Source: Zootoca vivipara (Eukaryota). From it: a DNA stretch of 64,000 bases. Positions 49,786 to 62,584 of this stretch are shown here, one piece after another. The notes below the pieces were generated by a model, which had not been told where the DNA came from, made no database searches, and saw only the letters and a program-made list of their open reading frames with translations. Positions within the stretch are counted from its first letter, which is position 1. Each line of letters opens with the position of its first letter. Location of the stretch: assembly GCF_963506605.1 (NCBI RefSeq), contig NC_083288.1, positions 29,140,001 through 29,204,000 on the forward strand, given 5' to 3'. The position numbers and the translations under genes were made by a program.

Positions 49786-50807
49786 CCTCCTTCCCAAGCA
49801 AGACACTGTTAGCTCTCAAGGTGAAGGAGAGTTGAAAGACAGCCAGAGCAAAGCCGGCCTGCCAGTAGATAAGCGAGAGACAGAGACGGTGTCCACTGAG
49901 AGTGGGGAGGGGGAAGGCTACCTCTTCAGTCCCCGTAATAGGAGGTTGGAGAGGCTCAGAGAACTGCGGAAGGGGAGGAGGAGAAAGGAACGGTTCTGGC
50001 ATCTTTCCTGTTGGGGGAGGGATTCTGAGTCAGACTGAGCAACTCCTTTGCCAAGAGAAGGAGGAAAGCTTTGCTGTGGGTGTATTTTTTCTTTGTAAAT
50101 AAATGGACATGAAGCTGACTCATTACTGCCTATCAGGCTGGTTGTATGCCAGGGATCATTAGAGGATAGTTGTCCCTAACTGCTTATGCTCTCTTTTAAT
50201 ATTTAAGTCCCTTTTGAACTTCACTTAGAGAAATAACTGAGCCCTCCAGGACCTCATGCATTTTTCTCTGCACCAAAATATTGTCTTTTGTCTTGGAGGA
50301 AGGGTGGGTGACTTGAAGGGTCAGGGGAGAAACAGCAGAGGCAGGGGCAAATCCTAGTTTGAGTCAGGGACAGATTAAAGTTGGTTACAATTGACTCATA
50401 GTGGAACTGGACTATTCCAATGTGCTTGAGAGGAACCCATAAATAATGAAGGGTGGGAAAAGGTTAAGATAGTTTAAATAAATATATAATGAACCCATCA
50501 CAATAATATCACTGTATTCCACACTGTTTCAGGAGAATGGGCCCAAACAAGTATCTGTCTCATATCCATATCCATACATGCATACAGAGAAACATCAAAA
50601 TCATTTTAATGGAGGAGAATACAGATAAATTTGACAACTATTTATTTGATATTTGTCTTAAGAAATGTGCTATGATAAAAAAGTAAAGTACATTGAAAAG
50701 CATGTGGCTGAAAAATAATATAAATGAATATATCAGTATCTTATGAATTAAATCTCATTTCTGACTCTGTTAAGGTACAGCTCATAACGTTATGTTGTGT
50801 GCAATAT

Positions 50808-51734
50808 TCACATCTTCCCCATTATGCTTAGCCAAGCTTTCTTCACATCCTTGTTGCGCAATGTATATATAATGGGATTCAACAAGGGAGTCAATATGCT
50901 ATACATCAGTGGGATGAGCTTTGTATTCACTGATGACTGTGTGGAAACAGGTCTCAAATAGGTGAAGATGCAACTACCATAGAACAGAAGAACAACTGTA
51001 AGATGAGAAGAGCAGGTAGAGAAAGCCTTTTGCCTCCCTTCTGTTGATCGTATTTTCAAAACACTTGAAATTATGTACACATATGAGAGAAGGATACAGA
51101 ACATTGGTGTCCAAGCTATGAACAACCCAATGGTTAACAAGAGCCTTTGGTTGAGGGAGATGTCTCCACATGACAATTTCAGCAATGGTGGAATGTCACA
51201 ATAGAAAGCATCTAGGCGGTTGTCACCACAGAAGGGCAACTGAAAGGCAAAATAGGTGTGTACAGTAGAGTTGAGAAAACCACCCACCCAGGAGGCAGTA
51301 GCCAGCTGGAGGCAAACATTCCTTTTGATAACCAGTGAATAGCGCAGTGGGTTGCAGATGGCTACATAACGATCAAAAGCCATTACTGCCAAAAGAAGGC
51401 ATTCAATGCCGACAAAGGAGAAGAAGAAAAACAGCTGGAGCACACAGCCTGTGTAGGAGATGGTGCTACTTTCTGTCAGAAGGAGATCCAGCATTTGGGG
51501 GATGGTGGTGGTGATGTAGCAGATGTCAAGACAGGAGAGGTTTCCAAGGAAGAAATACATGGGCGTTCTGAGCCTCTGGTCCACTATGGCCATGATGATG
51601 ATGAAGGTATTCCACAGCACGGTGAATAAATAGATGATCAAGAATCCACTGAACAGCAAGAAGTGTACCTCCTGCAGATTTTTAAAGCCAAGGATGATGA
51701 ATTCTGAAAGCTCTGATTGGTTTTTTGCCTCCAT
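50808..51734 (-). CDS. Olfactory receptor, intact (308 aa from MEAKNQSEL; an in-frame upstream ATG at 51767 gives 319 aa)
   Basis: [40 protein letters not shown]; more distant paralog of 44264. Confidence 0.96.
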   Translation of the reverse strand: MEAKNQSELSEFIILGFKNLQEVHFLLFSGFLIIYLFTVLWNTFIIIMAIVDQRLRTPMYFFLGNLSCLDICYITTTIPQMLDLLLTESSTISYTGCVLQLFFFFSFVGIECLLLAVMAFDRYVAICNPLRYSLVIKRNVCLQLATASWVGGFLNSTVHTYFAFQLPFCGDNRLDAFYCDIPPLLKLSCGDISLNQRLLLTIGLFIAWTPMFCILLSYVYIISSVLKIRSTEGRQKAFSTCSSHLTVVLLFYGSCIFTYLRPVSTQSSVNTKLIPLMYSILTPLLNPIIYTLRNKDVKKAWLSIMGKM

Positions 51735-52981
51735 ATCTGATTCCAAGAGACTGGCATTCAGAGGCATACAGCTTCGAACGGTGGAAGGAGAACTAGGGCC
51801 AACTGATAGTCTTTGTCTAAAACTCTTTGAAAGTCATTCAAGGGTCCCTCCCAACTCCATAATGCTATGATTCTACATTTAAGTAGCTGACAATACCACT
51901 GTCTCTTTTGACAATGGATTCCGTGGTTTGCCTTTGAAGGAGTACTAGCATTTGTCTCTTCTACACCTTGTAGCTTGCAGCTTCATTGCATGTCCCCACA
52001 CAGTTCTACTATTAGGTGAGAGAGAGAGACAAACTTTTCCCTATCCACTTTCTCTTTTTCTTCCAGGCTTGAGTTCAGTTCACCACAATTTTGCATCTGC
52101 TTGCATTAAAAATAAAAAAAATAAAAACCACATGAAAATTCAAAGTTGTTTACCTGCATATTCCTCCTAATTTCTGCAAGCAACATTCCCTAATATAATA
52201 CATTTGCATATGCTGTTTTCATTAATATATGCATTTCTATGCACATTTTCCCCTAATATACATTTCTTTATTCATATTATCTTTTGATGGGCTGTGGTGT
52301 GGAAAACCATATTACAGAATTGGGAGGAACCCTGAGGATCATCTAGACCAACCCCCTCCTCTGCAAGTCAGGAATGTGCAGCTGTCCCATACAGGGATCA
52401 AACCTGCAACCAGGGTGCTATCCGCACCAGACTCTAACCAATTGAGCTAACCAGGTGTTTTCTCTGTCAAGTGTTCAAAACATGGACAACATACCCAAAT
52501 ATTTAGACACTTGAGTCTTCACAGCTGGGAAATCCTAATTAGGCTTGGGCTCCCTGACAAATGTATATTGATGTTTAATAAATACACCTGCATTTAACAT
52601 GGCCTCTTCTGAAAACTATAAACAAAACCATCGGTGTAATCTGGTAGCCATTGAGTCAATTAATTAAACTCACTATGTCATTTAGAATCTCTTATACACA
52701 ATGGCTTTTAAAGGATGAAATTCAAGAAGTGCTTAGTCAAGTATTACATGTTAACTCTTCTTAGGGGATTCCTAATCTGATTTTTCATATTTCTTTTCAA
52801 TCTACCTGCCTCAAACCTCTGGTTATCTTATAATTAAGCAATCATGTAAGGACATATAGGATACATGGACAAATACATTTGCAGCACACAAAAACTAATT
52901 CTAATAAATTGTGCAAATATCTGCTTTCCCAGGTGTGGAAATCCAAACACAAAGAAGATGATACACATGTGCAACATACAT

Positions 52982-53071
<90 letters not shown>

Positions 53072-53083
53072 CATAATAATAAT
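52982..53083. repeat. Compound (AAC)n(AAT)n microsatellite
   Basis: Direct reading. Confidence 0.95.
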
Positions 53084-53544
53084 ATGGACAAAAGTTCAGA
53101 ATGTGAGGTCCCATGGGTTACCACTAATGTGTGACATTTTATTAAATAATTGTTCTTCATTGTCCTTTAAAATGCTTTGTGTCAGAGCCACACTATGGCT
53201 GCAATCCTGTAGAAAGTTGTCTCAGAGTGAGCATTACTAAACTCATTGAGATAGACTTCTAAGTAGTTATCTGTAAGGTTGCACTTTCTATGTCAATTGA
53301 AACCACTGGATCAAGTTATTCATGACTTAAATAATATAAATATCAATAGGTATTAAGTGCAACTAACTTCAGTTGAGCTGTTAGATCCTATTGAGTTCTC
53401 ATTCACTTACATGCAGATGAAAATTCATAGTATGTTAGAGGTCAGTAGAGAGTCATTCTATATTTGACTATATCACAACTGGTGGCATGCATTTATTAAT
53501 TTTGATTGAATTTATTTTTTTCCACCCATCCATAACACATTCAT

Positions 53545-53730
53545 TTCCTTACCTGTGAGATGAGCCTTCTCGCTGTTGGTAGCATTCCTTGTGGGTTGCT
53601 TGTGGATTTCACAGTTTCCTTTCATATATTTGCAATAATGCCTTTGGGGATTTCTACCCCAAGTGCTTTTCCAGGAAGGCAAGATTGCCAGAAGTTTTTC
53701 AAAGTCATTTAGCTAGTCAATTGCATCTTA
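53545..53730 (-). promoter_or_regulatory. Candidate 5' non-coding exon and promoter of OR 50808
   Basis: Minus-strand donor cag|gtaagg near 53552; degenerate O/E-like motifs (cctttgggga, tttccaggaa) upstream. Confidence 0.25.
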
Positions 53731-53870
53731 ACTAAATCATACAGAAAGGTCATGTATGTTTCAAATAAAACATTCTTGAATTGTATAGCCACAGTTGTAC
53801 CTAATGTTGCATTTCTTTGTAAGGAATACTTGATGTTTGTGTTCATTGTATGTTCCTCTAAGATTATAAA

Positions 53871-53906
<36 letters not shown>

Positions 53907-54324
53907 CACACAAAGAGAAAGGAAACAAGGCATTTCCTTGAGAGAACTCTCTATGTTAGTAAGAGTAGCTGTCTTTTCATAAATCAAGAACAATGCTGAC
54001 CTCAATCAAAATATGGCAAGACCTTGAAGGACCAGTCTCTGGGGCAATCAACAAAGGATTGGGAGGCTCCACAAATGTAACACTCATGTCTAAGGAGGCA
54101 AGGATTCATTGAGGTGGTCCTTCCACTCCAAGTTTGACCCTTGCCCCAAACACGGGGCTGAGAATGGATATACGTCCAATGCTTCAGCCAAAGCCTACCT
54201 ACATCTGGAATGAACAAAGTTGGGGCCTATTTTTAAATCCCATAATGTTGTTCTGTGCAGTTTTTATACCCATCCTACACTAGGCCTTTGTTCCGTGGGG
54301 GTGGAGGTCACTGTGATAGGGTCC

Positions 54325-54420
54325 CTAATGCCAAGGGGACGAATTTGGATGGAGCAGTTTCATTACTGACATTCATTTTATTAGCTTCATGAAATGTTAT
54401 TATATCTGTGGACAGAGGGG
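54325..54420 (-). pseudogene. Orphan OR start stub (acceptor, 5' leader and MNVSNETAPSKFVPLAL)
   Basis: Homologous to 59345-59432 (MDVSNETAPSEFILLTF); ATG at 54376; rest of the gene is absent. Confidence 0.75.
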
Positions 54421-54534
54421 GGAAATGAATTAGTTGAGGTATTTGTGTGTTGGAGAAACTTATGTGAAAAAGAAAGAAGTATTTTAATTTTACTCTTGCA
54501 TTGTAGTTTCAACTTTTTTCTTTTTAAACAACTA

Positions 54535-54891
54535 CAGGTGATGAAACTCGGAAAATTAGAATATCGTCAAAAAGTGCATTTATTTCAGTAATGCAACTTA
54601 AAAGGTGAAACCAATATGTGAGATAGATGCATGACATGCAAAGCAAGATATATCAAGCCTTTATTTGTTGTAACTGTAATTATTTGTCGTTAGGTGGGTC
54701 GATTATAAATGAAATGTAATTAATGAAATGTAATAACGATGTTTATTTTTATTTTTATATTATTGTAACTATTTGCTTTATTACTGTGGAATTTCCAAAA
54801 GAAAGCATTTGTAAAAATTTTAAAAAAATAAGTTGCATTACTGAAATAAATGCACTTTTCGACGATATTCTAATTTTCCGAGTTTCACCTG
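54535..54891. mobile_element. Tc1-like MITE with long TIRs
   Basis: caggtgatgaaactcggaaaattagaatatcgtc / gacgatattctaattttccgagtttcacctg; TA TSD. Confidence 0.85.
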
Positions 54892-56241
54892 TATATATTA
54901 ATGTTGCAACTTGTCAGGAGTCTGGGTGGATGGCCTACAGGGTCCTTCCTAATTCTTGCTTACAAATTCTTAGTATTACTAAACAGATTCCACTTACTCT
55001 TTCATTTATCTGTATGCATATAATAATGTAAGCTTTGGGGCGAGGGGAGTTGGACTGCATGGCCTCTAGAGTGCTTTTCAACACTTGATCCCGTGAGCAC
55101 ACAGGCTAAGCATAGGTAGTAATATGACTTAAAGATTCTGACAGCCAAGCTCACGACTCCTGCATCAGATCTCCAGGGAGACAGCAAGCACCCTGAGATC
55201 TTGTTAGTCTTCAGACTCGAAAGCTCCAAGATGCTATCTGACTCAAGCTGCTGTCACCCCACCAATCATTCTTTTCACCAGAATTAATTTCATAAACCTT
55301 AGAGTGGCATGGGGTTAATATCTATGCATCTCTGAAGGTCCTGTGCCATGAAGGGTAGGGTTAGTTCCTATAGCAGCTTAACACCTTCTTTTAAAAAGTG
55401 ATATTTGCCTGACCATTTCAAAGATAATCAATTCGTGATGGGTGAATATGTCAGTGTTGGTTTCTCTCAGTTTCTCCCGTGCCCCCCATTTCAATTCAAT
55501 TATTCAGAATTCCACATTATATTAAAGTCTTCTTCTTTTAATACTCATGAATATCTCTCAGCATTTTATTGTAAATGTTCCCAAATATACACTTTTTTCA
55601 TTGATTTTAGGCATGAGCACTACAACCCAGTAAACGCATGCATTATTTTGGCAGGGGAGCCATGTTACAAAATTTCGAGAAGCATGAATTATGAAGATTA
55701 ACTGTGTTTCAGTTCTCACATTTCCCCCCATAGTAGCACAACCCCCCCCCCAAAAAAATGTTCATGCGAAAATATGAGGTATTTGGTGGCACTTTGGGTC
55801 TCCACGCTACCCAGCTTCATCTCTTTCTCCTACCCTGGTTGATCTCAACCTGTAGTAAGGCAAGTTGCAACGAATTGCTGTGAATCTTGTTTCCTGAAGC
55901 AAAACACCAATGTGCAGGGCCCCCATCCAGATCAAGCCTAGGGGTCTGGTGTGCAGGCTTTATGCTTTTCACAAGTGGACCACAGACAACACTAGTTTCT
56001 GAAAGAAATCAAGTGATGCTAAAGGTGGCATTTCAAAATTGCAGTTAACATCTTACATGGTTGAAGAATAACACAAACTGTAGCCCTCAGGTGTACTGTG
56101 GACTCCCACTCCCTCCAGCCCCAGGCAACATGGCTGATGGTCAGGTGTAATGGGATCTGTACTCAAGCAACATCTGAAAGATCAGAGGCTTCTGAAAATG
56201 AACATATTTTTAATGAAATCAGTGTCTCTTTATGTAACCAC

Positions 56242-56797
56242 CAGTGGCATAGCAAGGGATGCATAGGGAGCGGGCCACCCTGGGTGCCACCCTGGAGGGG
56301 GGAAACACTCGCGACACCCCCCCCCCCCATGAGCGAGCAGCCAGCCGCCACCCAGTAAAAAGCCTTGCTCGGTGGCTGGCTGCTCGCTCATTTCCTTGGC
56401 CGGTGCGCTTTGTTTCCTCCTGCTGGGACAAAGGCGATGGGCGGGCCAGAGATGGGCATCAGTGGCGGCCACTGGCACCCCTCCCTGGCCCGCCCCTTGC
56501 CTCTGCTCCAGCAGGAAGAAGCAAAGCTTGCCAAGCAGGTGAGGGAGCAAGCTGCAGAGGGAAGCTTTTAAAGAAACCTTGCTTGCAGTTTGCCGGTGGC
56601 GCCGCTCTAGCATTGGGATCCTCAAGGATCCATCCTGGCGGCACCACTCTAGCATCAGGATTCTCAAGGATCCATCCTGGCAAGGATCTATCCCGACACA
56701 TGTGCCGGTAAGTAGCGACATTACATAGTGATATTGCGTGTGTGCACTACGGAACAGGTCGCCGTCCCGGGTGACCAAGCAGCACCGTACACTGTTG
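56242..56797. mobile_element. hAT non-autonomous element
   Basis: 8-bp TSD gtaaccac (56234-56241 and 56798-56805); empty site in the paralog at 42844-42851; internal ~42-bp tandem repeat. Confidence 0.9.
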
Positions 56798-56868
56798 GTA
56801 ACCACTTAAGAACACCATTTTTAAATACCATATCAATATCATACCAATAATGTAAGCACATGATTGTA

Positions 56869-57195
56869 CAGTGGTACCTCGGTTTAAGTACACAATTGGT
56901 TCTGGAAGTCTGAAGCGTACTTAACCTGAAGCGAACTTTCCCATTGAAAGTAATGGAAAGTGGATTAATCCATTCCAGACGGGTTCGCGGAGTACTCAAC
57001 CTAAAGCGTACTTAACCCGAAGTATGAGTGTAATTGGTTCTGGAAGTCCGTACTTAACCTGAAGCGTACTTAACCTGAAGTGAACTTTCCCATTGAAAAG
57101 TAATGGAAAGTGGATTAATCCATTCCAGACGGGTCTGTGGAGTACTTAAACTGAAAGTACTCAAACCGAAGCATCCTTAAACTGAGGTATGACTG
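56869..57195. mobile_element. Tc1/mariner MITE
   Basis: TA TSD; empty site gattgtatctgac in the paralog near 42910. Confidence 0.9.
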
Positions 57196-57429
57196 TATCT
57201 GACAAATTAAAACTCCGAGTACAGGCAGCTCCCTGTTTCCGTATGCACAATATTAACAACCTAAATAGTCACTTTGCTGCTGCTAATGCAGTAGTTTGAT
57301 TTTGACAGAAGCCAACCACTGTCAAGATGGAAAGACATTATTTTATTGGTTATGATAAAAGAAAAGAAAAAGACAATATGCAATAATAATTACATTACAG
57401 ATGTATTAACCACAGATTAAGCAGAGCAA

Positions 57430-57572
57430 NNNNNNNNNNNNNNNNNNNNNNNNNNNNNNNNNNNNNNNNNNNNNNNNNNNNNNNNNNNNNNNNNNNNNNN
57501 NNNNNNNNNNNNNNNNNNNNNNNNNNNNNNNNNNNNNNNNNNNNNNNNNNNNNNNNNNNNNNNNNNNNNNNN
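57430..57572. other. Assembly gap (N run)
   Basis: N run. Confidence 1.
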
Positions 57573-58454
57573 CTGGGAAGGTAGTCCTTTCAAACATGGA
57601 ATTCTTATTCCTTGCCTACATTTCTATCCTACTGGACTGAGTTATATAGGCTTTCCCTAAGCATGACCAAATTTGGATCCAGTTCTATAATTTTAAATGT
57701 TCAAGTAGTATATTTGGAAACAGTGGTATTTCATAAAAAATGACACATACTGGAGTTATAGAAAGAGAATTGCTGATGGCCTATATTTCACGTATTTTAT
57801 CCAAAGTTTTAGTCCTTTCAGGAAAAATAAAAGGTGAATACAGATAGCATGGCAACATCTTCCAATTAAACAGAATCTCCATTATAATATTTTGGAATGA
57901 TATAAAATATTGCTATGCTAAAGAAAGAAAGAAAGAATTCTCCATCATTTTTTTAAAAAGTATTGTTGTTGTTTTTTAAGGGCAGAGAAAAAAAAATCAG
58001 TGAAATACACATATCCAGGTATGCAGGGTTTCTGATGTGCTTACTTTACTTTTGAAACAGTTGAAGAGGATTTTTGAATTTTGAGTTCTATGTACATTCT
58101 ACATGGCATTTCACCACTGGTCTGCACCCTTCATCCTTGCGAATTGCCAGGAATACCCTTCATGCAGTAAAGCCTCATGCTGAAATGATGAACAAATGCT
58201 CAGGTGCCCTGAATATCAAACAGAAAAAATGTAACTATATTTTGTTTTTGTTTTGTGTTGTTTGGGGAGAGAGGATTCAATAAACTAGAGGGAAGTTTTT
58301 TGGCATACTACTAAACTGAATATATGGAACACCCCACAGGCTTTAAAACAAAAACAGACATCTCAGGCCCTAGCTATAGTGTTCCAAGCCCCCACATTCA
58401 ATTTCCCAGCACTACTACAAGATAAATCCAAGGATTTATTGACATCAGTCTATT

Positions 58455-59390
58455 TCAGGACAACATTTTCTTCATCATTCTCTTCTGTAATGCCCCCTTC
58501 ACATCTTTGTTTCTGAGGGTGTAAATCAGTGGGTTCAACATAGGGGAGAGAATGTTATTAAAGAGGGCAATCATTCTATCCTTGTTAAGTGAGTAGCTGG
58601 AGAAGGGCCTGACATAGGTAAAAAGACAGCTGCTATAAAATAGCAAGACAACAGTGAGATGAGAAGCACAAGTTGAAAAGGCTTTCCTCATCCCATCTGA
58701 AGAATGCATTTTCAGAACCCTCAAGATGATGTGGCTATAGGAAAGGAGGACACACATGCCTGGCCCAAAGCCCATTACGGGACTAGTAGCCAGCATGGCA
58801 ATAATACTGCTAGAGATGTCCCCACAGGAGATAGCTACAAGAGGAGGGATGTCACAGTAGAAGTAGTTGATCTTATTCATACCACAAAGGGGCAGACGGA
58901 ATGTGATGAATGTGTGAATGGTGGTGTTGAGTGAACTTGTGAACCAAGAAGCTGACACCAGTTGGGCACAGAGTTTGTAATTCATGACCACATTATAGCG
59001 GAGAGGATTGCAGATGGCAACATAACGATCATAAGCCATGGCAGCCAACAGGAGGGTCTCAGTACCAATGAATAAAATGAAGAAAAAGAGTTGCACCTTG
59101 CACCTTTCATATGAGATGGCATTTCTTCCTGAAATCAGGTGCACAATTATCTGTGGAATGGTGGTTGTAGTCTGGCAGATGTCCAGGAGGGATAGGTTAC
59201 AGAGGAAGAAGTACATGGGAGTTTGAAGGCTTGGTTCTATGGAGACAAGTGTGATGATGAGAATATTCCCCATCAGTGTGAAGAGATAAGTGATGAGGAG
59301 AAATCCAGAAAGGAGGAAACACCATTCATAACGGTTTGAAAATGTCAGAAGGATGAATTCAGATGGAGCAGTTTCATTACTGACATCCAT
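58455..59390 (-). CDS. Olfactory receptor, intact, 311 aa
   Basis: [49 protein letters not shown]. Confidence 0.97.
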   Translation of the reverse strand: MDVSNETAPSEFILLTFSNRYEWCFLLSGFLLITYLFTLMGNILIITLVSIEPSLQTPMYFFLCNLSLLDICQTTTTIPQIIVHLISGRNAISYERCKVQLFFFILFIGTETLLLAAMAYDRYVAICNPLRYNVVMNYKLCAQLVSASWFTSSLNTTIHTFITFRLPLCGMNKINYFYCDIPPLVAISCGDISSSIIAMLATSPVMGFGPGMCVLLSYSHIILRVLKMHSSDGMRKAFSTCASHLTVVLLFYSSCLFTYVRPFSSYSLNKDRMIALFNNILSPMLNPLIYTLRNKDVKGALQKRMMKKMLS

Positions 59391-59582
59391 TTTATTAGCT
59401 TCGTAAAATGATTTTTATCTATAGACAGAGAAAAAAATACTCTATTAGTTGGGGAGTAATTAAAGAAACAAAGGGAGAAGCATTTAAAACTTAGCTTCCA
59501 CCAATGGATTTACATCAGCCATACGTAAGGTAAGGCTCCTCTCTGAGTATTATGAAATTGGGAACAACACTGAATCCTCTAA

Positions 59583-59782
59583 ATGATGATGATGATGATG
59601 TCACCCATCTGACTGGGTTGCCGCAGACACTCTGGGTGGCTCCCAACAAAATATTAAAGGCACAATAAACAGTCAAACATTGAAGAATTCCCTATATGTC
59701 TTCTAAAACTCACATGGTTGTTTATTTTCTTGGCATCTGATGGGAGGGTCTTCCCTAGGACAGGCAACACTACTGAGCAGGC
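59583..59782 (-). mobile_element. L2 3' end fragment
   Basis: Homologous to 49050-49260. Confidence 0.65.
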
Positions 59783-59982
59783 TTGATTGTGCAAGATTAG
59801 TTCTTATCAAGTCAGACTTGTATTTCCTTTCTTTTTTTAAAGCCTTGGCAAGCTTGGATATACTATCAGATTTAACAGATTTTTATACCACTTAACAATA
59901 ACAGATTTATAGACCACCTAACTGGGAATATCAGAGTGGTGTACAATGTACTACAAAACACAGTGGAGGGGGCATTGTTATA

Positions 59983-60167
59983 NNNNNNNNNNNNNNNNNN
60001 NNNNNNNNNNNNNNNNNNNNNNNNNNNNNNNNNNNNNNNNNNNNNNNNNNNNNNNNNNNNNNNNNNNNNNNNNNNNNNNNNNNNNNNNNNNNNNNNNNNN
60101 NNNNNNNNNNNNNNNNNNNNNNNNNNNNNNNNNNNNNNNNNNNNNNNNNNNNNNNNNNNNNNNNNNN
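59983..60167. other. Assembly gap (N run)
   Basis: N run. Confidence 1.
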
Positions 60168-61374
60168 GATGATGCAAACATGAATATTTTAAACAATCTC
60201 TGGCCATTGCTTGTTACTGATGCCACGGAAGCGTACAAAGCAGGTGCTCCAAAACTAAATGCCTTGCTGCAAACAAATAGGAGATTAAGACACCACCAAG
60301 AGTGCTCCCCCCAATGACTACAATGACAGCACAGAGAAATAAAAAGTCAAAATGCACCAGCTCTCATTTTTTATGAACAGTAAATCTGAGTGGGGGATAT
60401 ATCCATGCCAGTTTTGTAAACTGAACAATTAATGAAGGTTAAAGTTATCCATCACTACTAGCTACAATGACTATCTTTCTGCCTCTACTCTCAGAGGCCA
60501 TCTATGCCTCTGAAAGCCAGTTAATGGGGATCACAAGTTGGGAGAATGCTGTTGCACTCAGCTTCTGCTTGGGGGATGCCCTTAGGTATCTGTTTGGTCA
60601 CTGTGAGAAACGGATACTAGACTACAATGGTGCTGTACTCTGATTTGACATAGCTCTTCTTACATTCAATTTATCCTTAGAAAAGACAGTCTGAAATATG
60701 TTTAGTATCAGCCAGGCATTAAATATCAAATTTGCATTGAGAGGCATTTACGTAAGACTGAGATACATGCAAGGCTTACCAATCAGAATCCTTTAAACTG
60801 TGTTTAAATCTTGGATACCCAAATGGGGAGGGGGAGTTCTTACTGAATATGTTCTCTGTGTTGCAGTTCATGGCAGTAAGTCAAAGATTGCAAACTGTCC
60901 TATTATCTTTTAGTGTGTGCTTTTATATATTTACAAGCATGCTAGTTGGGACTGCCCAGTGTGGCAGCATATGTATAGGTGTCTGGAGGTGGAGAACCAA
61001 AGGGAGTGTAGGAAAAACAAAACAAGAAACTAATCCCACTGGTATAAGTTTAATGATTCACATTATTTGGAGATTTTTCACTGAAAACAAAGTTGATAAA
61101 GCTACTGTGAGGACACTTAGAAACTTTGAAGAGTTTGGGGCCATTTTGTCCTGTGAACATTCCCACCCACATTCAGGTTAAGAGTCTACACAGCTTACAA
61201 ATGTATTAACCACAGTTTAAGCAGAGCACAACAAAAGCATATTTGTGGATGAAGTAGATGGGGTTCATCAACCTGGGAAGGTAGTCCTTATAGGAGAAGG
61301 AAAACTCTTATCCTAAGCCACTGACTTGTGGGATTTCTTCAGTAGAATAAAGGGGTAGTGAGTAAACCCTACAC

Positions 61375-61510
61375 CAGACACCCCCAAACTTCGGCCCTCC
61401 AGATGTTTTGGACCACAACTCCCATCTTCCCCAACCACTGGTCCTGTTAGCTAGGAATTATGGGAGTTGTAGGCCAAAACATCAGGAGGGCCACAGTTTG
61501 GGGATGCCTG
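61375..61510. mobile_element. hAT MITE
   Basis: TIR cagacacccccaaact / agtttggggatgcctg; 8-bp TSD ccctacac. Confidence 0.85.
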
Positions 61511-62538
61511 CCCTACACAAATCCAGATTGGAATCCCTAAGGCGATTGGATAGTCCCTTGCATGCCTTCTTCTGGCAGCACCTGCAGCCAGGCTGGTGCC
61601 TAATGTTTCACTCTAATTTACTTTGGACCACATCAGCAAGACCAATGGGGTGGAGTCATCTTATCTGGGCAGCCCAGGACCTCCATACACACTGCCCTGG
61701 CTTGCACCCCAAGGAGGTTACTTTGGTGCTGCTAACACAGCAGTTTGACTTCACCCCCTAAGGCACACTCCATAGTCTCTCAGGACAGACAGAGGCCAAC
61801 AATGTTCTATTCCATAATATGATGCATCAAAAGGAAGTCTAGGAAAGAAAATTTGTTGAGTTGAATGGACCTTACAACCATTCCAGAATGTCACAAACAA
61901 ATTCCAACTATTTATGAATAAATTGCTTTTTGCTTTCCCTTCCTTATCAAATGAGCAACAAACAACAGCATGTTTTCAAATGTTTCATTGGAAGATGTTG
62001 CCACACTATCTGCATTAACCTTTTATTTTTTCCTGAAAGGATTAAATCTTTAGAGAAAATACATGAAATATAAGTCATCAGCAATTCTATCTCCATACTT
62101 CCAGTATGTGCCATTTTTTGATGAAATACAACTGGTTCCAAGTATACCACTTGAACATCAATTTAAAATTATGGAGCTAGATCCAAATTTGGTCATGCTT
62201 GGGGGAAGCATATTGAAATCATTGGGACTTAGGTTAGTTAAGTAGGAACAGAAATGTAGGCAAGGAATAAGAATTCCACGTTTGAAAGGTTACACAGAGA
62301 ATTCAACTAATTTTTTCTTTCTAAAACATTATCACTACGTGTATCTGGATAATGTTGATGATTAAAATTATTTAGCTTTCTATCCTGTCATTCCTCCAAA
62401 GAAGTCCAGGGCAGGAAACAACAAGTGATAAAACAAAGCAAAGCAAAACAAAACAATAACAAAAAGTTATTTTTTTAAAAAAATCCCAATATACATCTTG
62501 ACTTAAAAGGCTTGCGGAAAGATGTTTTTTGGTAGCTG

Positions 62539-62539
62539 C

Positions 62540-62583
<44 letters not shown>

Positions 62584-62584
62584 C
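62539..62584. repeat. (AAC)n microsatellite
   Basis: Direct reading. Confidence 0.95.

Noticed and set aside
52834-53160. Poly-Cys/Leu/Tyr/Ile ORFs (also at 11.4k, 45.5k, 48.9k and 62.4k)
   Set aside because: Translations of trinucleotide microsatellites
56230-56805. GC-rich region with 150-191 aa ORFs
   Set aside because: Lies inside a hAT MITE with an 8-bp TSD and an empty paralogous site; no recognisable domain
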